DNA of 27,117 nucleotides. Origin: a virus. Its lineage: Duplodnaviria > Heunggongvirae > Uroviricota > Caudoviricetes. The notes beneath the pieces are model-generated. The model worked only from the letters and a program-made list of their open reading frames with translations. It had not been told where the DNA came from and did not search any database. The translations under genes were made by a program, and so were the position numbers. The stretch lies in IMG/VR virus record IMGVR_UViG_2693429719_000003; one strand, written 5' to 3'. The first letter of the stretch is position 1; the number at the start of each line of letters is the position of its first letter. Positions 6,885 through 21,059 of the stretch are shown one piece after another.

Positions 6885-7469
6885 TTACTCCATAACAGGG
6901 ACAGCAGGCCACTCAATATCCGGTGCTACTGATGTATCAACACGGTTCAGCAACACCCGATACTTCTTCCATGCTGCCAGCAACGACGCCTCTTCTTCCG
7001 TTGCGATCTCCAGATCCACAGCATCCTGAAGTGGCGCAATATGCTCATTCGCTGCCTGCATCAGGCTGTTTTTTGTTTCTTCCGCCTCCCGGATCCGGAA
7101 TAGTTTTTCTGCTTCTGCATCTTTCACCCAGGCTGTGCCGTTCCACTTCTGAAACTCCCCTTCCGGGGATAACCAGGTGACATTTTCCGGTAATGAGCCG
7201 AGTTCAGAAATAAATAACGCGTCGCCGGAAGCCACGTCATAAACCGTTTTACCCCGATGATCTTCAACGAGATGCCACGATGCCTCATCACTGTTGAAAA
7301 CAGCCACGAAGCCAGCCGGAATATCTGGCGGTGCAATATAGGTACTGTTTGCTGGCAGACCTGTATGAGGCGGAATATATGCGTCACCTTCACCAATAAA
7401 TTCATTAGTTCCGGCCAGCAGATTATAAATTTTTATGGTCCGTGGTTGTTCACTCATTCTGAATGCCAT
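6885..7469 (-). CDS. tfa: tail fibre assembly protein Tfa
   Basis: 194 aa, matching lambda Tfa as I recall it; its start codon overlaps the stf stop by 1 nt. Confidence 0.95.
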   Translation of the reverse strand: MAFRMSEQPRTIKIYNLLAGTNEFIGEGDAYIPPHTGLPANSTYIAPPDIPAGFVAVFNSDEASWHLVEDHRGKTVYDVASGDALFISELGSLPENVTWLSPEGEFQKWNGTAWVKDAEAEKLFRIREAEETKNSLMQAANEHIAPLQDAVDLEIATEEEASLLAAWKKYRVLLNRVDTSVAPDIEWPAVPVME

Positions 7470-10384
7470 TATGCAAGCCTCACAATGTAGTTAAATGCGA
7501 TGTTTTTGACGGTGTTTTCCGCGTTACCAGCAGCGTTAACGGTGATGGTGTGTCCATGTGAGCCAATCGCAACAGAGTGCGTATGAGCACCAATACCGAC
7601 AGTATGTGCGTGAGCACCTGCAGATGCAGCTGTGCCGCTGACACTATGAGTGTGCGCTCCTGCAGCACTTGTATTCACACTGGCCGCAGACACTACCTTA
7701 TGTACTGACCCATTTTGTGACCACTGGCTGACTGCTGATGCGCCTGTGACACTATGAGTATGGTTTCCGGCACTTGCGGCTGTACCGCTCACACTGTGCG
7801 TGTGCGCCCCGGTGTTATTCGTGGATTTAGTGCCGTAATCAAACGACGATGTGGTTTTCGTCCCCAAATCCGTACTGGATGCGCTGGCGCTGTGGGTGTG
7901 CGATTTAATGCCGTCCTGTTCCTGAGACAATACGGCCCGACCACTGGCAGGTTTGCCCTTAATCGTCCAGCCACGCATATCAGGGATCACGCCTGACGGA
8001 TAAGCGGCTGCAAGTTTCGGGTATGCAGATTTGTCAAAAGTCTGCCCCTGCATCAGGGCATAGCCAGACGGAACGGTATCTGATGGCCACGGGATTGGTG
8101 CGCCAGGCGGATAAAACTGCTCTGATGGCGTATAGAGTGAATAAACCGTACCGTCCGTTAACCCTTCCGGCTTATTAGCAGAATATGCTGGTGACGTATG
8201 AATCGTCACGCTGGCATTACTGGTATAATCCCATTGAATATTTACACCAGTCGCATAATTTCCGATTGCAACGTAAATATCGTAAGTATCACCAGATGTA
8301 TTGACCCAGGCAAAATTTGTAAACCCTGTCGATGTGCGCTGCCATAAAGCACCAGTAATCCCCTTCGGATTACCATTACCTGCACGCAAAACAAGTTCAG
8401 ATATACCTGCCTGTTGAGGTGACCCCACGTTAAATCCCGCGCCACCAATCAACGTAATTGAAACAACAGAACTCGCCTGTGGCATGGTTACCGTTGCTAA
8501 TTTGAACCAACCAGCACCACCGCTGAATGACATTGTTGTTGAGTTAAGCGTACCAATATCTTTCGGCGTCAGTGTTATATCCGATGAAAGCGCCTTACCA
8601 TTCACCTTACGGGCAGAAGGTACCCGACCATTCGCATTATCATTAGCTGCTTTCACTGCTTTCGGTGTCGCGGCAAGCGTTTCAGATGCGCTGTTGGTTG
8701 CACTACTGAGCTGGACAATTCCTTTTTGTGCTGTCGTAGCGTCCTGAGCAGTATATTTCCCGTTAGCAAGGTCATAGGCTGCCTTTACCGACTTTGGCGT
8801 TGCCGCCAGCATTTCAGATGTGCTGTTGGTCGCGTTGCTAAGCTGAACTATCCCTTTCTGTGCTGTCGTTGCATCCTGTGCGGTGTATTTCCCGTTAGCC
8901 AGCTCATACGCGGCCTTAACGGCTTTTGGCGTTGCCGCCAGTGACTCGGAAGTGCTGTTAGTCGCACTGCTGAGCTGTACTATCCCCTTTTTCGTCGTGC
9001 TCGCATCCTCAAGCGCCACGGCGGATGCAATATCCTCTGCCCGTTTAGCTGCTGTCTCGGCGCGCGTTGCCGCGGATTCCGCCGTACTTTTGCTCTGAGC
9101 TGCCGCCGTCGCACTGCCAGCTGCCTCTGTCGCCTTCGTGGATGCCGTCGTGGCGCTGCTCTTCGCTGCTGACGCTTGTCTGGTCGCCTCATCTTTTGAA
9201 GCAGACGCAGATGATGCCGATGACGCCGCCGAACTGGCTGACGATGCGGCAGCCGTTTTTGAGGATTCTGCGCTGGTTTCCGACGCTTTCGCGTTCGTTT
9301 CGGATGTCTTCGCTGCGGAAGCAGAACTCGCTGCTGCGCTGGCCTGTTCAGTGGCTTCGCCAGCCTTCGTTGTGGCTGTTGAAGCAGACGATGCGGCACT
9401 TTCTGCCGACTTTCCGGCAGCGGTGGCACTGGCTGAGGCCTGCCCGGCACTTGTTGACGCGGCACTGGCAGATGATGCAGCCGCTGTTTTTGAGCCTGCC
9501 GCAGCTGAGGCACTCTGTGCTGCTGCCGTTTCAGAGGACTTGGCGTTTGTCTCAGACGTCTTTGCCGCCTTCGCGGAATTTCCTGCCGCCGTTGCCGAGG
9601 AAGCTGCACTACTGGCGCTTGATGATGCGTTCGTTTCTGATGATTTTGCCGCCTCTTTTGAAGCCGACGCATCCCTGGCTGAGGTGGCAGCTTCTGACGC
9701 TTTCGTGGTCGCGGTGGATGCAGAAGTGGCGGCTGATTGTTCTGACGCTGCCGCATTCGTTTCTGACGTTTTCGCCGCACCGGCACTGGTAGCCGCCGCG
9801 CTTTTTGAGGACTCTGCAGCGGCAGCACTTTTTGAGGCTTCAGTGGCCTTTGTTGATGCCGTTCCTGCGCTGGAAGACGCTGACTGAGCCGACGACGCGG
9901 CCTGTCCGGCTGACGTGCTGGCTGCACGTGCTGAATCTGCAGCATCAGTCGCACGGGTTGCCGCCTCACTGGCAGATGTGCTGGCATCACTGGCTGACTT
10001 CTTTGCGGCTGCCGTGTTCTGTGCCACCACGGACGCGTTACGCGCCACCTCTTCCACCATCAGTTCAAAACGACGCAGTGCCTCCGGACGGGCATCATCC
10101 TCCGTCATGGCACCGAGAAAATCATTCAGCGTACCGGGTTGAGAATCTTCATACACGGTGATGGTCCCGGCATGTGACGGCGGGAATCCCTTCACCAACA
10201 GAATAACGCTGTACTGACCGTACTCAACGTCCATGCTGTAACGCCCGGCTTCATCCGGATTTTCTGAGGCCAGCGTGTTCACCACCACAGTGGTACTGTT
10301 ACGTTTTGCTTTCAGCTGGATTGTGCAGTTCTGTACCGGTTTTCCTGTGCCGTCTTTCAGTACACCTGAAATCTTTACTGCCAT
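7469..10384 (-). CDS. stf: side tail fibre protein Stf (expanded: long Ala/Ser/Thr-rich region, triplicated 44-aa fibre repeat, His-rich GxHxH C-terminal tip)
   Basis: N- and C-termini match lambda Stf. The true start is the ATG at 10382-10384 ([12 protein letters not shown]...), two codons inside the track ORF. 971 aa versus 774 aa for lambda Stf as I recall it. Confidence 0.93.
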   Translation of the reverse strand: MAVKISGVLKDGTGKPVQNCTIQLKAKRNSTTVVVNTLASENPDEAGRYSMDVEYGQYSVILLVKGFPPSHAGTITVYEDSQPGTLNDFLGAMTEDDARPEALRRFELMVEEVARNASVVAQNTAAAKKSASDASTSASEAATRATDAADSARAASTSAGQAASSAQSASSSAGTASTKATEASKSAAAAESSKSAAATSAGAAKTSETNAAASEQSAATSASTATTKASEAATSARDASASKEAAKSSETNASSSASSAASSATAAGNSAKAAKTSETNAKSSETAAAQSASAAAGSKTAAASSASAASTSAGQASASATAAGKSAESAASSASTATTKAGEATEQASAAASSASAAKTSETNAKASETSAESSKTAAASSASSAASSASSASASKDEATRQASAAKSSATTASTKATEAAGSATAAAQSKSTAESAATRAETAAKRAEDIASAVALEDASTTKKGIVQLSSATNSTSESLAATPKAVKAAYELANGKYTAQDATTAQKGIVQLSNATNSTSEMLAATPKSVKAAYDLANGKYTAQDATTAQKGIVQLSSATNSASETLAATPKAVKAANDNANGRVPSARKVNGKALSSDITLTPKDIGTLNSTTMSFSGGAGWFKLATVTMPQASSVVSITLIGGAGFNVGSPQQAGISELVLRAGNGNPKGITGALWQRTSTGFTNFAWVNTSGDTYDIYVAIGNYATGVNIQWDYTSNASVTIHTSPAYSANKPEGLTDGTVYSLYTPSEQFYPPGAPIPWPSDTVPSGYALMQGQTFDKSAYPKLAAAYPSGVIPDMRGWTIKGKPASGRAVLSQEQDGIKSHTHSASASSTDLGTKTTSSFDYGTKSTNNTGAHTHSVSGTAASAGNHTHSVTGASAVSQWSQNGSVHKVVSAASVNTSAAGAHTHSVSGTAASAGAHAHTVGIGAHTHSVAIGSHGHTITVNAAGNAENTVKNIAFNYIVRLA
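8588..8983. repeat. three tandem 132-bp (44-aa) repeats inside stf
   Basis: Protein repeats [41 protein letters not shown] occur three times (residues about 468-599); the DNA is near-identical between copies. Confidence 0.85.
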
Positions 10385-10394
10385 ATTCACCCCA

Positions 10395-10422
10395 CAAAAA
10401 AGCCCGCCTGAACCGGCGGGCT
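10395..10422 (-). terminator. rho-independent terminator downstream of lom
   Basis: Perfect 8-bp GC-rich stem AGCCCGCC (10401-10408) / GGCGGGCT (10415-10422) with a 6-nt loop, followed on the minus strand by T6 (A-run 10396-10401). Confidence 0.6.
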
Positions 10423-10448
10423 GTCATAACACTGTGTTACCTGGCTAA

Positions 10449-11048
10449 TCAGAATTTATAACCGACACCCACGATGAAACCGTCAGTGCGCCAGTCACCA
10501 CTGCCGGAGCCTTCATAAGCAATATCAATGGCCACGGATTCGGTCGGGTTAAACTGCACGCCAGCTCCCCACGCCAGAGACGTGTTGCTGTGGCGACCGT
10601 CATCACTTCCGGTCAGCACGTCGTGCGTTTTCCCCTTGTTGTCAATTACGCGGAGATAATCCCCGGAGAAAGTCGACACACGGCTGTAAGCCACACCCGC
10701 CATCGCATACGCGCTGAACCATTCATTCACGCGCACAGACGGCCCCGCCATTACGCTGAACCAGCGGTTACGAACGGAATCTTCATGCCAGCGGGTATCG
10801 CTGTAATGGGTCAGCTGGCGATTATTGTCTCCTGCATAGCTGAATGACGTCACCATCCCCAGTGTGTCCGTAAACTCATAACGGTATTTCACGTTAATCC
10901 CGTTCAGATCATCGCTGCCGGGAACGTTCGTCGAGGCATGAAGATACCCCGCGCTCAGCGTGGACTGATGTTCAGACGCCCATGCAGGCGCACCGGATAC
11001 GGCCAGACAAATGGCTGCGGACAAAATGGCGGCATAAAGTTTACGCAT
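10449..11048 (-). CDS. lom: outer membrane protein Lom (Ail/Lom family)
   Basis: 199 aa with a signal peptide (MRKLYAAILSAAICLAVSGAPAWA); matches lambda Lom. Confidence 0.93.
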   Translation of the reverse strand: MRKLYAAILSAAICLAVSGAPAWASEHQSTLSAGYLHASTNVPGSDDLNGINVKYRYEFTDTLGMVTSFSYAGDNNRQLTHYSDTRWHEDSVRNRWFSVMAGPSVRVNEWFSAYAMAGVAYSRVSTFSGDYLRVIDNKGKTHDVLTGSDDGRHSNTSLAWGAGVQFNPTESVAIDIAYEGSGSGDWRTDGFIVGVGYKF

Positions 11049-11072
11049 AATTACCTCTCGCTTTTCTGCAAT

Positions 11073-11096
11073 AAAAAAGGCGTCATTTCTGACGCC
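11073..11096 (-). terminator. hairpin plus T-run between J and lom (partial terminator)
   Basis: 7-bp stem GGCGTCA (11079-11085) / TGACGCC (11090-11096) with a 4-nt loop, followed on the minus strand by T6 (A-run 11073-11078). Confidence 0.45.
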
Positions 11097-11114
11097 CGTT
11101 CTGGGTTATAAAAT

Positions 11115-14516
<3,402 letters not shown>

Positions 14517-14573
14517 TCATGCTCCATAAACGATAAAACCGCCCGGAGGCGGTTTCACATAAAACATTTTGCA

Positions 14574-15245
14574 TCAGCGACCAATCACCACAACCTGACC
14601 ACCGTCCCCTTCGTCTGCCGTGCTGATCTCCTGAGAAACCACGCGTGACCCCACGCGCATTTCACCGTACAGAACCGGCAGAACATTGCCCTGGGCAACC
14701 ATGTTATCCAGTGAGGAGAAATAGGTGTTCTGTTTGCCGTTATCCGTTGTCTGTGTACGGGGAGTTCTGGCTTTCGGTGCCAGCATCTGCGCCACACCAC
14801 CGAGCACCATACTGGCACCGAGAGAAAACAGGATGCCGGTCATACCACCGGCCCCAATGGCTGCCCCCCATGCTGCAAGGGTGGCTCCGGCGGTAAAGAA
14901 TGATCCGGCAATGGCGGCAGCCCCTAGGACAATCTGGAATACGCCACCTGACTTGGCCCCGGCGACTCTGGGAACAATATGAATCACAGCGCCATCAGGC
15001 AGAGTCTCATGTAACTGCGCCGTTAACCCGGACGTGCTGACGTCCCGCCCGGCAATCCGTACCTGATACCAGCCGTCGCTCAGTTTCTGACGAAACACCG
15101 GGAGCTGTGTGGCCAGTGCGCGGATGGCTTCAGCCCCCGTTTTCACACGAAGGTCGATGCGGCGGCCAAATCGTTGCAAATCCCCGTAAAGGCAGATGCG
15201 CGCCATGCCCGGTGACGCCAGAGGGAGTGTGTGCGTCGCTGCCAT
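14574..15245 (-). CDS. I: tail tip assembly protein I
   Basis: 223 aa, matching lambda gpI. Confidence 0.95.
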   Translation of the reverse strand: MAATHTLPLASPGMARICLYGDLQRFGRRIDLRVKTGAEAIRALATQLPVFRQKLSDGWYQVRIAGRDVSTSGLTAQLHETLPDGAVIHIVPRVAGAKSGGVFQIVLGAAAIAGSFFTAGATLAAWGAAIGAGGMTGILFSLGASMVLGGVAQMLAPKARTPRTQTTDNGKQNTYFSSLDNMVAQGNVLPVLYGEMRVGSRVVSQEISTADEGDGGQVVVIGR

Positions 15246-15886
15246 TTGTCGGTATACCTCTCTCGTTTGCTCAGTTGTTCAGGAATATGGTGCAGCAGCT
15301 CGCCATCACCACAGTAAATGGCGGCATGATTCGGCACCGATGAACCAAAACAGCACAGCAGCACATCGCCCGGTTGTGCTGATGACAACGGCACCTGATA
15401 CAGCCCTGTGGCCTCCAGATTATCCAGATAGAGATTCTGACCGTGACGCCACCAGTCATCCTCGCGATGAAAATCCGGCATCTCAATCCCCGCCAGATGA
15501 TAAGCATCCCGGAACAGCGTGTAACAGTCCGTCACCCCGTGCTCAAAGCGCCGCCCGGTGAGATGCGGCACACAGCGGAACTTATGAATCGTCCCCCGGC
15601 AGACCAGCCACCACGGCAAATCACTCTGCACCTGCAGCCGCCGGTCGGCCTCACTCAGCCAGGGCAGACCACCGGGGTGGCTGTGGACCAGCGCCACAAT
15701 CTCACCGTGCAGTGTTGCCTGCAGCCAGTCATCCGGCGACATCCGGAAATACGCCTCCGGCTCACCGGAGATATTCACGCAGGGAAAATATCTTTCCCCT
15801 TCCGGCGTTCTCACCACGAAGCCACACGACTCCGCTGGCGCACATCGCCGGGCGTGCGCCAGAATCGCTGATTCTGTCTGTGTCAT
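15143..15886 (-). CDS. K: tail tip assembly protein K (JAMM/MPN motif HSHPGG plus NlpC/P60-like C-terminal part)
   Basis: Matches lambda gpK from its N-terminus MTQTESAILAHARRCAP. The ORF as it stands is 247 aa and its 3' end overlaps the I start by about 100 nt, so the exact C-terminus is uncertain. Confidence 0.9.
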   Translation of the reverse strand: MTQTESAILAHARRCAPAESCGFVVRTPEGERYFPCVNISGEPEAYFRMSPDDWLQATLHGEIVALVHSHPGGLPWLSEADRRLQVQSDLPWWLVCRGTIHKFRCVPHLTGRRFEHGVTDCYTLFRDAYHLAGIEMPDFHREDDWWRHGQNLYLDNLEATGLYQVPLSSAQPGDVLLCCFGSSVPNHAAIYCGDGELLHHIPEQLSKRERYTDKWQRRTHSLWRHRAWRASAFTGICNDLAAASTFV

Positions 15887-15891
15887 GGGAT

Positions 15892-16590
15892 TTACTGCGA
15901 AAGTTTGTTAATGGAAAGGAAGCCGCCAAAGTTGCCGACGTTATTGCGGAACTTACAACCGCTCAGGCATTTGCTGCATTTATCCTTCGTGATATCGGAC
16001 GTTGGCTGGTCATATTCATCCGCGACCGCCGGACCGTGATAACCGCACTCATCGCCGCGATAGGTCCAGGTGCAGGTGTTGGCCAGCATGATACGTCCCG
16101 GAAAAACAGCGCCGTCCGTTTCCGTCGGCGTGGACAGTACAAAAGAGGCACTCACCGCGCTCAGTTCGCTGCACTGCTCAATGCGCCAGCGGCTGATCAC
16201 CTCCAGCTCCGGATCGGCGTCACTGTTTCCGTTGACGAAGTTCACCGCATCCAGAAAACGGGCGTAAACCTTACGCCGGACCACCGTTCCGCCGACCAGA
16301 CTCTGCAGATCTTCCGCCATCCCGGTGACCATACCGTACAGGTTAGAAACCGTCAGCGTGGGGCGTGTACTGGTGCCTTTGCCATTCAGTTCAAAACCAC
16401 TCCCCTGAATGGGATACGGCTGATACTGTCGCCCCTGCCAGGTGACCGGCTCACCTTTTTCGTTCTGCTCATTACAGAAAAAATAACGTTCTCCACCGAC
16501 CTCTGTCAGATCGATTTCCCAGAGCACCACGCTGGCCGACTGCTCCGCACGGGTGCATTCATTCAGTGTTTCCTGCCGGATATCCTGCAT
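15892..16590 (-). CDS. L: tail tip protein L
   Basis: 232 aa, matching lambda gpL. Confidence 0.95.
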   Translation of the reverse strand: MQDIRQETLNECTRAEQSASVVLWEIDLTEVGGERYFFCNEQNEKGEPVTWQGRQYQPYPIQGSGFELNGKGTSTRPTLTVSNLYGMVTGMAEDLQSLVGGTVVRRKVYARFLDAVNFVNGNSDADPELEVISRWRIEQCSELSAVSASFVLSTPTETDGAVFPGRIMLANTCTWTYRGDECGYHGPAVADEYDQPTSDITKDKCSKCLSGCKFRNNVGNFGGFLSINKLSQ

Positions 16591-16919
16591 CAGTTCACCA
16601 CCTGTTCAAACTCTGCGCTGAACTCAACACGCAGCATACTGACCCGCGACGACCATTTTGCGCAGGTCACCTTTATCTGCCGCCACTCATAAGGCGGCGT
16701 CCACAGAAAGGATTTCCAGCCCCCGTGCTCAGCCAGAAACGACTCAAGCGCCGTGGCCTCCCAACGGGGAACAGAAAGCGTCACGCTGTACGTTTTCAGG
16801 TCGGCATTCAGCCCGGCAGGCGCTCGCTGGGAATAGCCATCACCAAAGCGCACCTTTCTTACGGAAGGGGCCGAAGCCACATCCATACCGGGTTTCACTT
16901 TCCAGCGGAAGGTTTTCAT
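16590..16919 (-). CDS. M: tail tip protein M
   Basis: 109 aa, matching lambda gpM; overlaps L and H by one to four nt. Confidence 0.95.
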   Translation of the reverse strand: MKTFRWKVKPGMDVASAPSVRKVRFGDGYSQRAPAGLNADLKTYSVTLSVPRWEATALESFLAEHGGWKSFLWTPPYEWRQIKVTCAKWSSRVSMLRVEFSAEFEQVVN

Positions 16920-19465
16920 CGTCCACCTCCGGAGAACAGACCACCATCGCGCATCTGCCCGGTCACAACATCCATTGCCGCCTTACGGGCTACGTCATAA
17001 ACCGCCTTCAGTGCCTGTGGCCCTATCTGACCGTTCGTGCCGTCGTTGTTAATCACCACATGGTTATTCTGCTCAAACGTCCCGGACGCCTGCGACCGGC
17101 TGTCCGCCATGCTGCCCGGTGTACCGACATAACCGCCGGTGGCATAGCCGCGCATCAGCCGGTAAAGATTTCCTACGCCAATCCGGCTGGTTGCCTCCTT
17201 CGTGAAGACAAATTCACCACGGTGAACAATCCCCGCTGGCTCATATTTGCCGCCGGTTCCCGTAAACCCTCCGGCCGCAAAATGGAATTTCGCCGCAGCT
17301 GCCTGAATGGCTGTACCGCCTGACGCTGATGCGCCGCCGCCAATGGCGCTGCCTATACTTCCGACAATCCCCACCATTGCCTGCTTAAGCAGAATTTCTG
17401 TCATCATGGACAGCACGGAACGGGTGAAGCTGCGCCAGTTCTGTTCACTGCCGGTCAGCATCGCCGCCATATTCTGTGCAATACCATCAAAGGTCTGCGT
17501 GGCAGCACTTTTAACCTGCGACATACTGTCCGTGGCGCTCTCTTCCCACTCACTCCAGCCTGACCTGAGGCCTGCCATCCAGCTCCCGCGAAGCTGGTCT
17601 TCAGCTGCCCAGGTCTTTTTCTGCTCTGACATGACGTTATTCAGCGCCAGAGGATTATCGCCATACTGTTCCTTCAGGCGCTGTTCCGTGGCTTCCCGCG
17701 CTGCCTGCCGGTCAGTCAGCCCCCGGTTTTTTGCATCAATGGCGGCCCGTTTTGCCCGTTGTTGCTGTGCGAATTTATCCGCCTGCTGTGCCAGCGCGTT
17801 CAGGTGCTCCTGATAGGTGACCTTGTCGCCAAGTACAGCCAGCTGGCGTTTGTACTCCAGCGTCTCGTCTTTATGCGCCAGCAGGGATTTCTCCTGTGCG
17901 GACAGCTGGCGACGTTGTGCCGCCTCCTCCAGTACCGCGAACTGACTTTCTGCCTTCCACAAATCCCGGCGCTGCTGGCTGATTTTCTCATTCGCTCCGG
18001 CATGCTTCTCCAGCATCCGGAGTTCTGCCTGAAGCGTCAGCAGGGCAGCATGAGCACTGTCTTCCTGACGATCGCCCGCAGACACCTTCACGCCGGACTG
18101 TTTCGGCTTTTTCAGCGTCGCTTCATAGTCCTTTTTCGCCGCCGCCATCAGCGTGTTGTAATCTGCCTGCAGGATTTTCCCGTCTTTCAGTGCCTTATTC
18201 AGTTCTTCCTGACGGGCGGTATATTTCTCCAGCGGCGTCTGCAGACGTTCGTAAGCCTTCTGCGCCTCTTCGGTATATTTCAGCCGTGACGCTTCGGTAT
18301 CGCTCTGCTGCTGCGCATTTTTGTCCTGTTGACTCTGCTGCTCAGCCTTCTTTCGGGCGGCTTCAAGCGCAAGACGGGCCTTTTCACGATCATCCCAGTA
18401 ACGCGCCCGCGCTTCATCGTTAACAAAATAATCATCCTTGCGCAGATTCCAGATATCGTCCGCTTTCTTAAACGCGGCCTCTGCCTTAATCAGCATCTCC
18501 TGCGCGGTATCAGGACGACCAATATCCAGCACCGCATCCCACATGGATTTGAATGCCCGTGCTGTCCTGTCTGCCCAGGTTTCCAGCGTGCCCATGTTCT
18601 CTTTCAGGCGGCGGGTCTGGTCATCAAACCCTTTCGTCGCGGCCTCGTTCGCCGCCTGCAATGCCCCGGCTTCTTCGCCGGAACGCTGCAACTGAGCAAC
18701 ATACGCAATCTGCTCCGCCGTCACGTTATGGAACTGGCGCGCCATCGCTGTCAGCCCCGACGTCGGGTCAGTGGTCAGCTTCCCGAAGGCTTCAGCGACT
18801 TTGTCCACCTCCACGCCGGATGCAGAGGAGAAACGCGCCACACTCTGGCTGATGGACGCAATCTGAGCCTCACCGCTTACCCCCGCCTTAACCAGTGCGC
18901 TGAGTGACTCGCTGGTCTGGTTAAACGTCAGCCCTGCCGCCTGCCCGGCTCTGGACAGGACCAGCATACGATCTGCCGTCAGCCCGGCCTGATTGCCGGA
19001 AAGGACCAGCGTTTTGTTGAAACCGGACAGGGTTGAGTTGCCCTGATACCAGGCATACGCCAGCGCACCGGTCGCCACCGCCAGCGAGGTGGCCCCCACC
19101 ATCGGCAGGGTGATCGCACCGGCAAGCCCCTTGAACATGGGGATAATCCCGCCGAAGGAGTCCTTCACCTGCCCCCCCTGTTGCAGCAGGATCAGCCACG
19201 GACTTTGCCCGCCTGCAAGCTGCGTGGCCACGTCAGTGAACTGCGCAGGCAGCATACGCATGGCGGCTTTATACTGCCCGACGGAAATTCCGGCTTTTTG
19301 TGCAGCCAGCGCCTGTCGGCTCAGAGACTGTTCAACGACTGCCGCTGTTTTTTTCGCATCACTTTCCGTACCGGAAAAATGACGCCTGACTCTGGCCATC
19401 TGCTCGTCAAATCTGGCCGCATCCAGACTTAAATCAACGACCAGATCGCCTACCGGTTCAGCCAT
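16916..19465 (-). CDS. H: tail tape measure protein H
   Basis: 849 aa, matching lambda gpH (853 aa as I recall it). Confidence 0.97.
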   Translation of the reverse strand: MAEPVGDLVVDLSLDAARFDEQMARVRRHFSGTESDAKKTAAVVEQSLSRQALAAQKAGISVGQYKAAMRMLPAQFTDVATQLAGGQSPWLILLQQGGQVKDSFGGIIPMFKGLAGAITLPMVGATSLAVATGALAYAWYQGNSTLSGFNKTLVLSGNQAGLTADRMLVLSRAGQAAGLTFNQTSESLSALVKAGVSGEAQIASISQSVARFSSASGVEVDKVAEAFGKLTTDPTSGLTAMARQFHNVTAEQIAYVAQLQRSGEEAGALQAANEAATKGFDDQTRRLKENMGTLETWADRTARAFKSMWDAVLDIGRPDTAQEMLIKAEAAFKKADDIWNLRKDDYFVNDEARARYWDDREKARLALEAARKKAEQQSQQDKNAQQQSDTEASRLKYTEEAQKAYERLQTPLEKYTARQEELNKALKDGKILQADYNTLMAAAKKDYEATLKKPKQSGVKVSAGDRQEDSAHAALLTLQAELRMLEKHAGANEKISQQRRDLWKAESQFAVLEEAAQRRQLSAQEKSLLAHKDETLEYKRQLAVLGDKVTYQEHLNALAQQADKFAQQQRAKRAAIDAKNRGLTDRQAAREATEQRLKEQYGDNPLALNNVMSEQKKTWAAEDQLRGSWMAGLRSGWSEWEESATDSMSQVKSAATQTFDGIAQNMAAMLTGSEQNWRSFTRSVLSMMTEILLKQAMVGIVGSIGSAIGGGASASGGTAIQAAAAKFHFAAGGFTGTGGKYEPAGIVHRGEFVFTKEATSRIGVGNLYRLMRGYATGGYVGTPGSMADSRSQASGTFEQNNHVVINNDGTNGQIGPQALKAVYDVARKAAMDVVTGQMRDGGLFSGGGR

Positions 19466-19892
19466 ACCGGACTCCTCCTGCGATCCCTTCTGATACTGTC
19501 ATCAGCATTACGTCATCCTCCGTCATGTCCGCCACATCCGGGGAAGCGGGGATAACTTCATTCCCGTCCGGGCCAAAACGAACGCCTCCGGCAAGCCCTG
19601 CCGCTTTCTGCATCAGCACATCATCTTCAGGCTCTTCGTCAGCCTCGCGCCGGTTCAGCAGACTGAAATCCAGCGGATGCATCTCCGGATCGCTGAAAAA
19701 CAGGCTGAGCACGGTGTACGTCAGCCCGGAAAAGTGCATATCCAGCAGAACATCATGAAAATAATGGGTACTGTAAAAGCGGTGCCAGTCGGCATACTCC
19801 GTGGATGACATCCCGGCAAGCATGGCGCGCCAGTCGGGTCGCCCCATCTCACGCGCCAGTTTCAGGGCAAAACTCAGCTCACCGTCGAACAC
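19458..19892 (-). CDS. T: tail assembly chaperone T reading frame (expressed as a G-T fusion by -1 frameshift)
   Basis: 144-aa ORF in the -1 frame relative to G; matches the lambda T region. Confidence 0.85.
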   Translation of the reverse strand: MFDGELSFALKLAREMGRPDWRAMLAGMSSTEYADWHRFYSTHYFHDVLLDMHFSGLTYTVLSLFFSDPEMHPLDFSLLNRREADEEPEDDVLMQKAAGLAGGVRFGPDGNEVIPASPDVADMTEDDVMLMTVSEGIAGGVRYG

Positions 19893-20296
19893 TTTCCCGC
19901 AGAAACAGGCTCTGCAGGCCCGGCGTCCTCTGCCTGTTCAGGAGCATCATTCACCACAAACTCATACATACCGGACAGCCGGTACACCACGTTTTCAGCA
20001 TGAGAAATTGCCTCCGTGGGCCAGGTGGTAAGCACTTCCTGCTCAATCTGTTTAACGGCTTCATTCATGGAAGGCAGCTTTGTCTTCTTCGGATGGTTAT
20101 GCCACAGGGACATCGCCACCAGAAACGCGCCGGTTCTGATGGCGTCTTCCACAGTAAACTTCCGGTTGCTGTCTGACTCCGCCTGTTCTGCCTGCCGTTT
20201 CATCAGGGCGAGATGCTCAATACGCTGCAGGGCTGACAGTTCAGAAAGCGTGACGGTCACGCCGTTATGTTCAAATGATTCGGTTTTCAGGAACAT
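19874..20296 (-). CDS. G: tail assembly chaperone G
   Basis: 140 aa, matching lambda gpG. Confidence 0.95.
   Translation of the reverse strand: MFLKTESFEHNGVTVTLSELSALQRIEHLALMKRQAEQAESDSNRKFTVEDAIRTGAFLVAMSLWHNHPKKTKLPSMNEAVKQIEQEVLTTWPTEAISHAENVVYRLSGMYEFVVNDAPEQAEDAGPAEPVSAGKCSTVS
19892..19898 (-). other. programmed -1 ribosomal frameshift slippery heptamer GGGAAAG (G to G-T)
   Basis: Minus-strand GGGAAAG (plus CTTTCCC at 19892-19898), about 5 codons before the G stop at 19874-19876, as in lambda. Confidence 0.8.
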
Positions 20297-20311
20297 CGCT
20301 GACTCTCCGGA

Positions 20312-21052
20312 TTAACTGGCGGTGACGTTGATTTCTGCAACCGCAGCAAACTCACCATTACCGGATACGACCGGAATGTTGACCTTGCCTGCAGCAACGC
20401 CGTTCACGGTGATGGTCATACCACTGACCGACACGGTGGCTTTTGTTTTATCCGCAGACACCGCACGGAAGCTCTTGTCGGTTACACCTTCCGGCTGGAA
20501 TGCCACGGTCAGCGTGGTGCTCTGCCCTTTCACTACGGAAGCACTGGCTGGCGTTACCGTCATGCCGGTTGCTGCCGTCACCGTACTGCGATCTTCAGCC
20601 ATTGACGGACGGCCCACATTGGTGACCTTCACCGTGCGGGTGATCACTTCCTTCGCCGTCACCGCTTTACCGATACTGCTGACCCAGCCACGGAACACAT
20701 CGACCGTGCCGTTCGGGAAGCGGATTTTATAGGCACGGGTATCACCTTCATTAAACCACGCCAGCAGCGCCTGCTGCCCCTGCTCTCCGGGCATCCACGC
20801 CAGCGTGAAGCTGGTATCTCCGGCTGATTTCTGCCCCTGCCCGGTCGCAGTCCAGTCCGCATCTTCATCATCGAGATAGCTGTCGTCATAGGACTCAGCG
20901 GTCAGTTCGCCGGGCGTCAGGTCTTTAACTTTTGCCAGACGCGACCAGTCAACGTCTGAAAGCGGGTTCGCATAAGGGTCACCGTTCCCCTTATAAACCC
21001 ACAGTGTGGTCCCGGCACCTTTCACCGGCATTACAGGATTTGGTACAGGCAT
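20312..21052 (-). CDS. V: major tail tube protein V
   Basis: 246 aa from the ATG at 21050-21052 (MPVPNP...) with a GAGGA Shine-Dalgarno; matches lambda gpV. The track ORF extends 10 codons further upstream. Confidence 0.95.
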   Translation of the reverse strand: MPVPNPVMPVKGAGTTLWVYKGNGDPYANPLSDVDWSRLAKVKDLTPGELTAESYDDSYLDDEDADWTATGQGQKSAGDTSFTLAWMPGEQGQQALLAWFNEGDTRAYKIRFPNGTVDVFRGWVSSIGKAVTAKEVITRTVKVTNVGRPSMAEDRSTVTAATGMTVTPASASVVKGQSTTLTVAFQPEGVTDKSFRAVSADKTKATVSVSGMTITVNGVAAGKVNIPVVSGNGEFAAVAEINVTAS

Positions 21053-21059
21053 ATCGTCC

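Noticed and set aside
8980-9990. 336-aa Arg/Pro/Gln-rich minus-strand ORF and 241-249-aa plus-strand ORFs inside stf
   Set aside because: These are alternative frames of the repetitive Ala/Ser-rich stf region; low-complexity translations with no start signals, so artefacts of the repeat.
15712-16692. 326-aa plus-strand ORF overlapping K and L
   Set aside because: Antisense to two well-supported lambda-like genes, with no ribosome-binding site; treated as a spurious antisense ORF.
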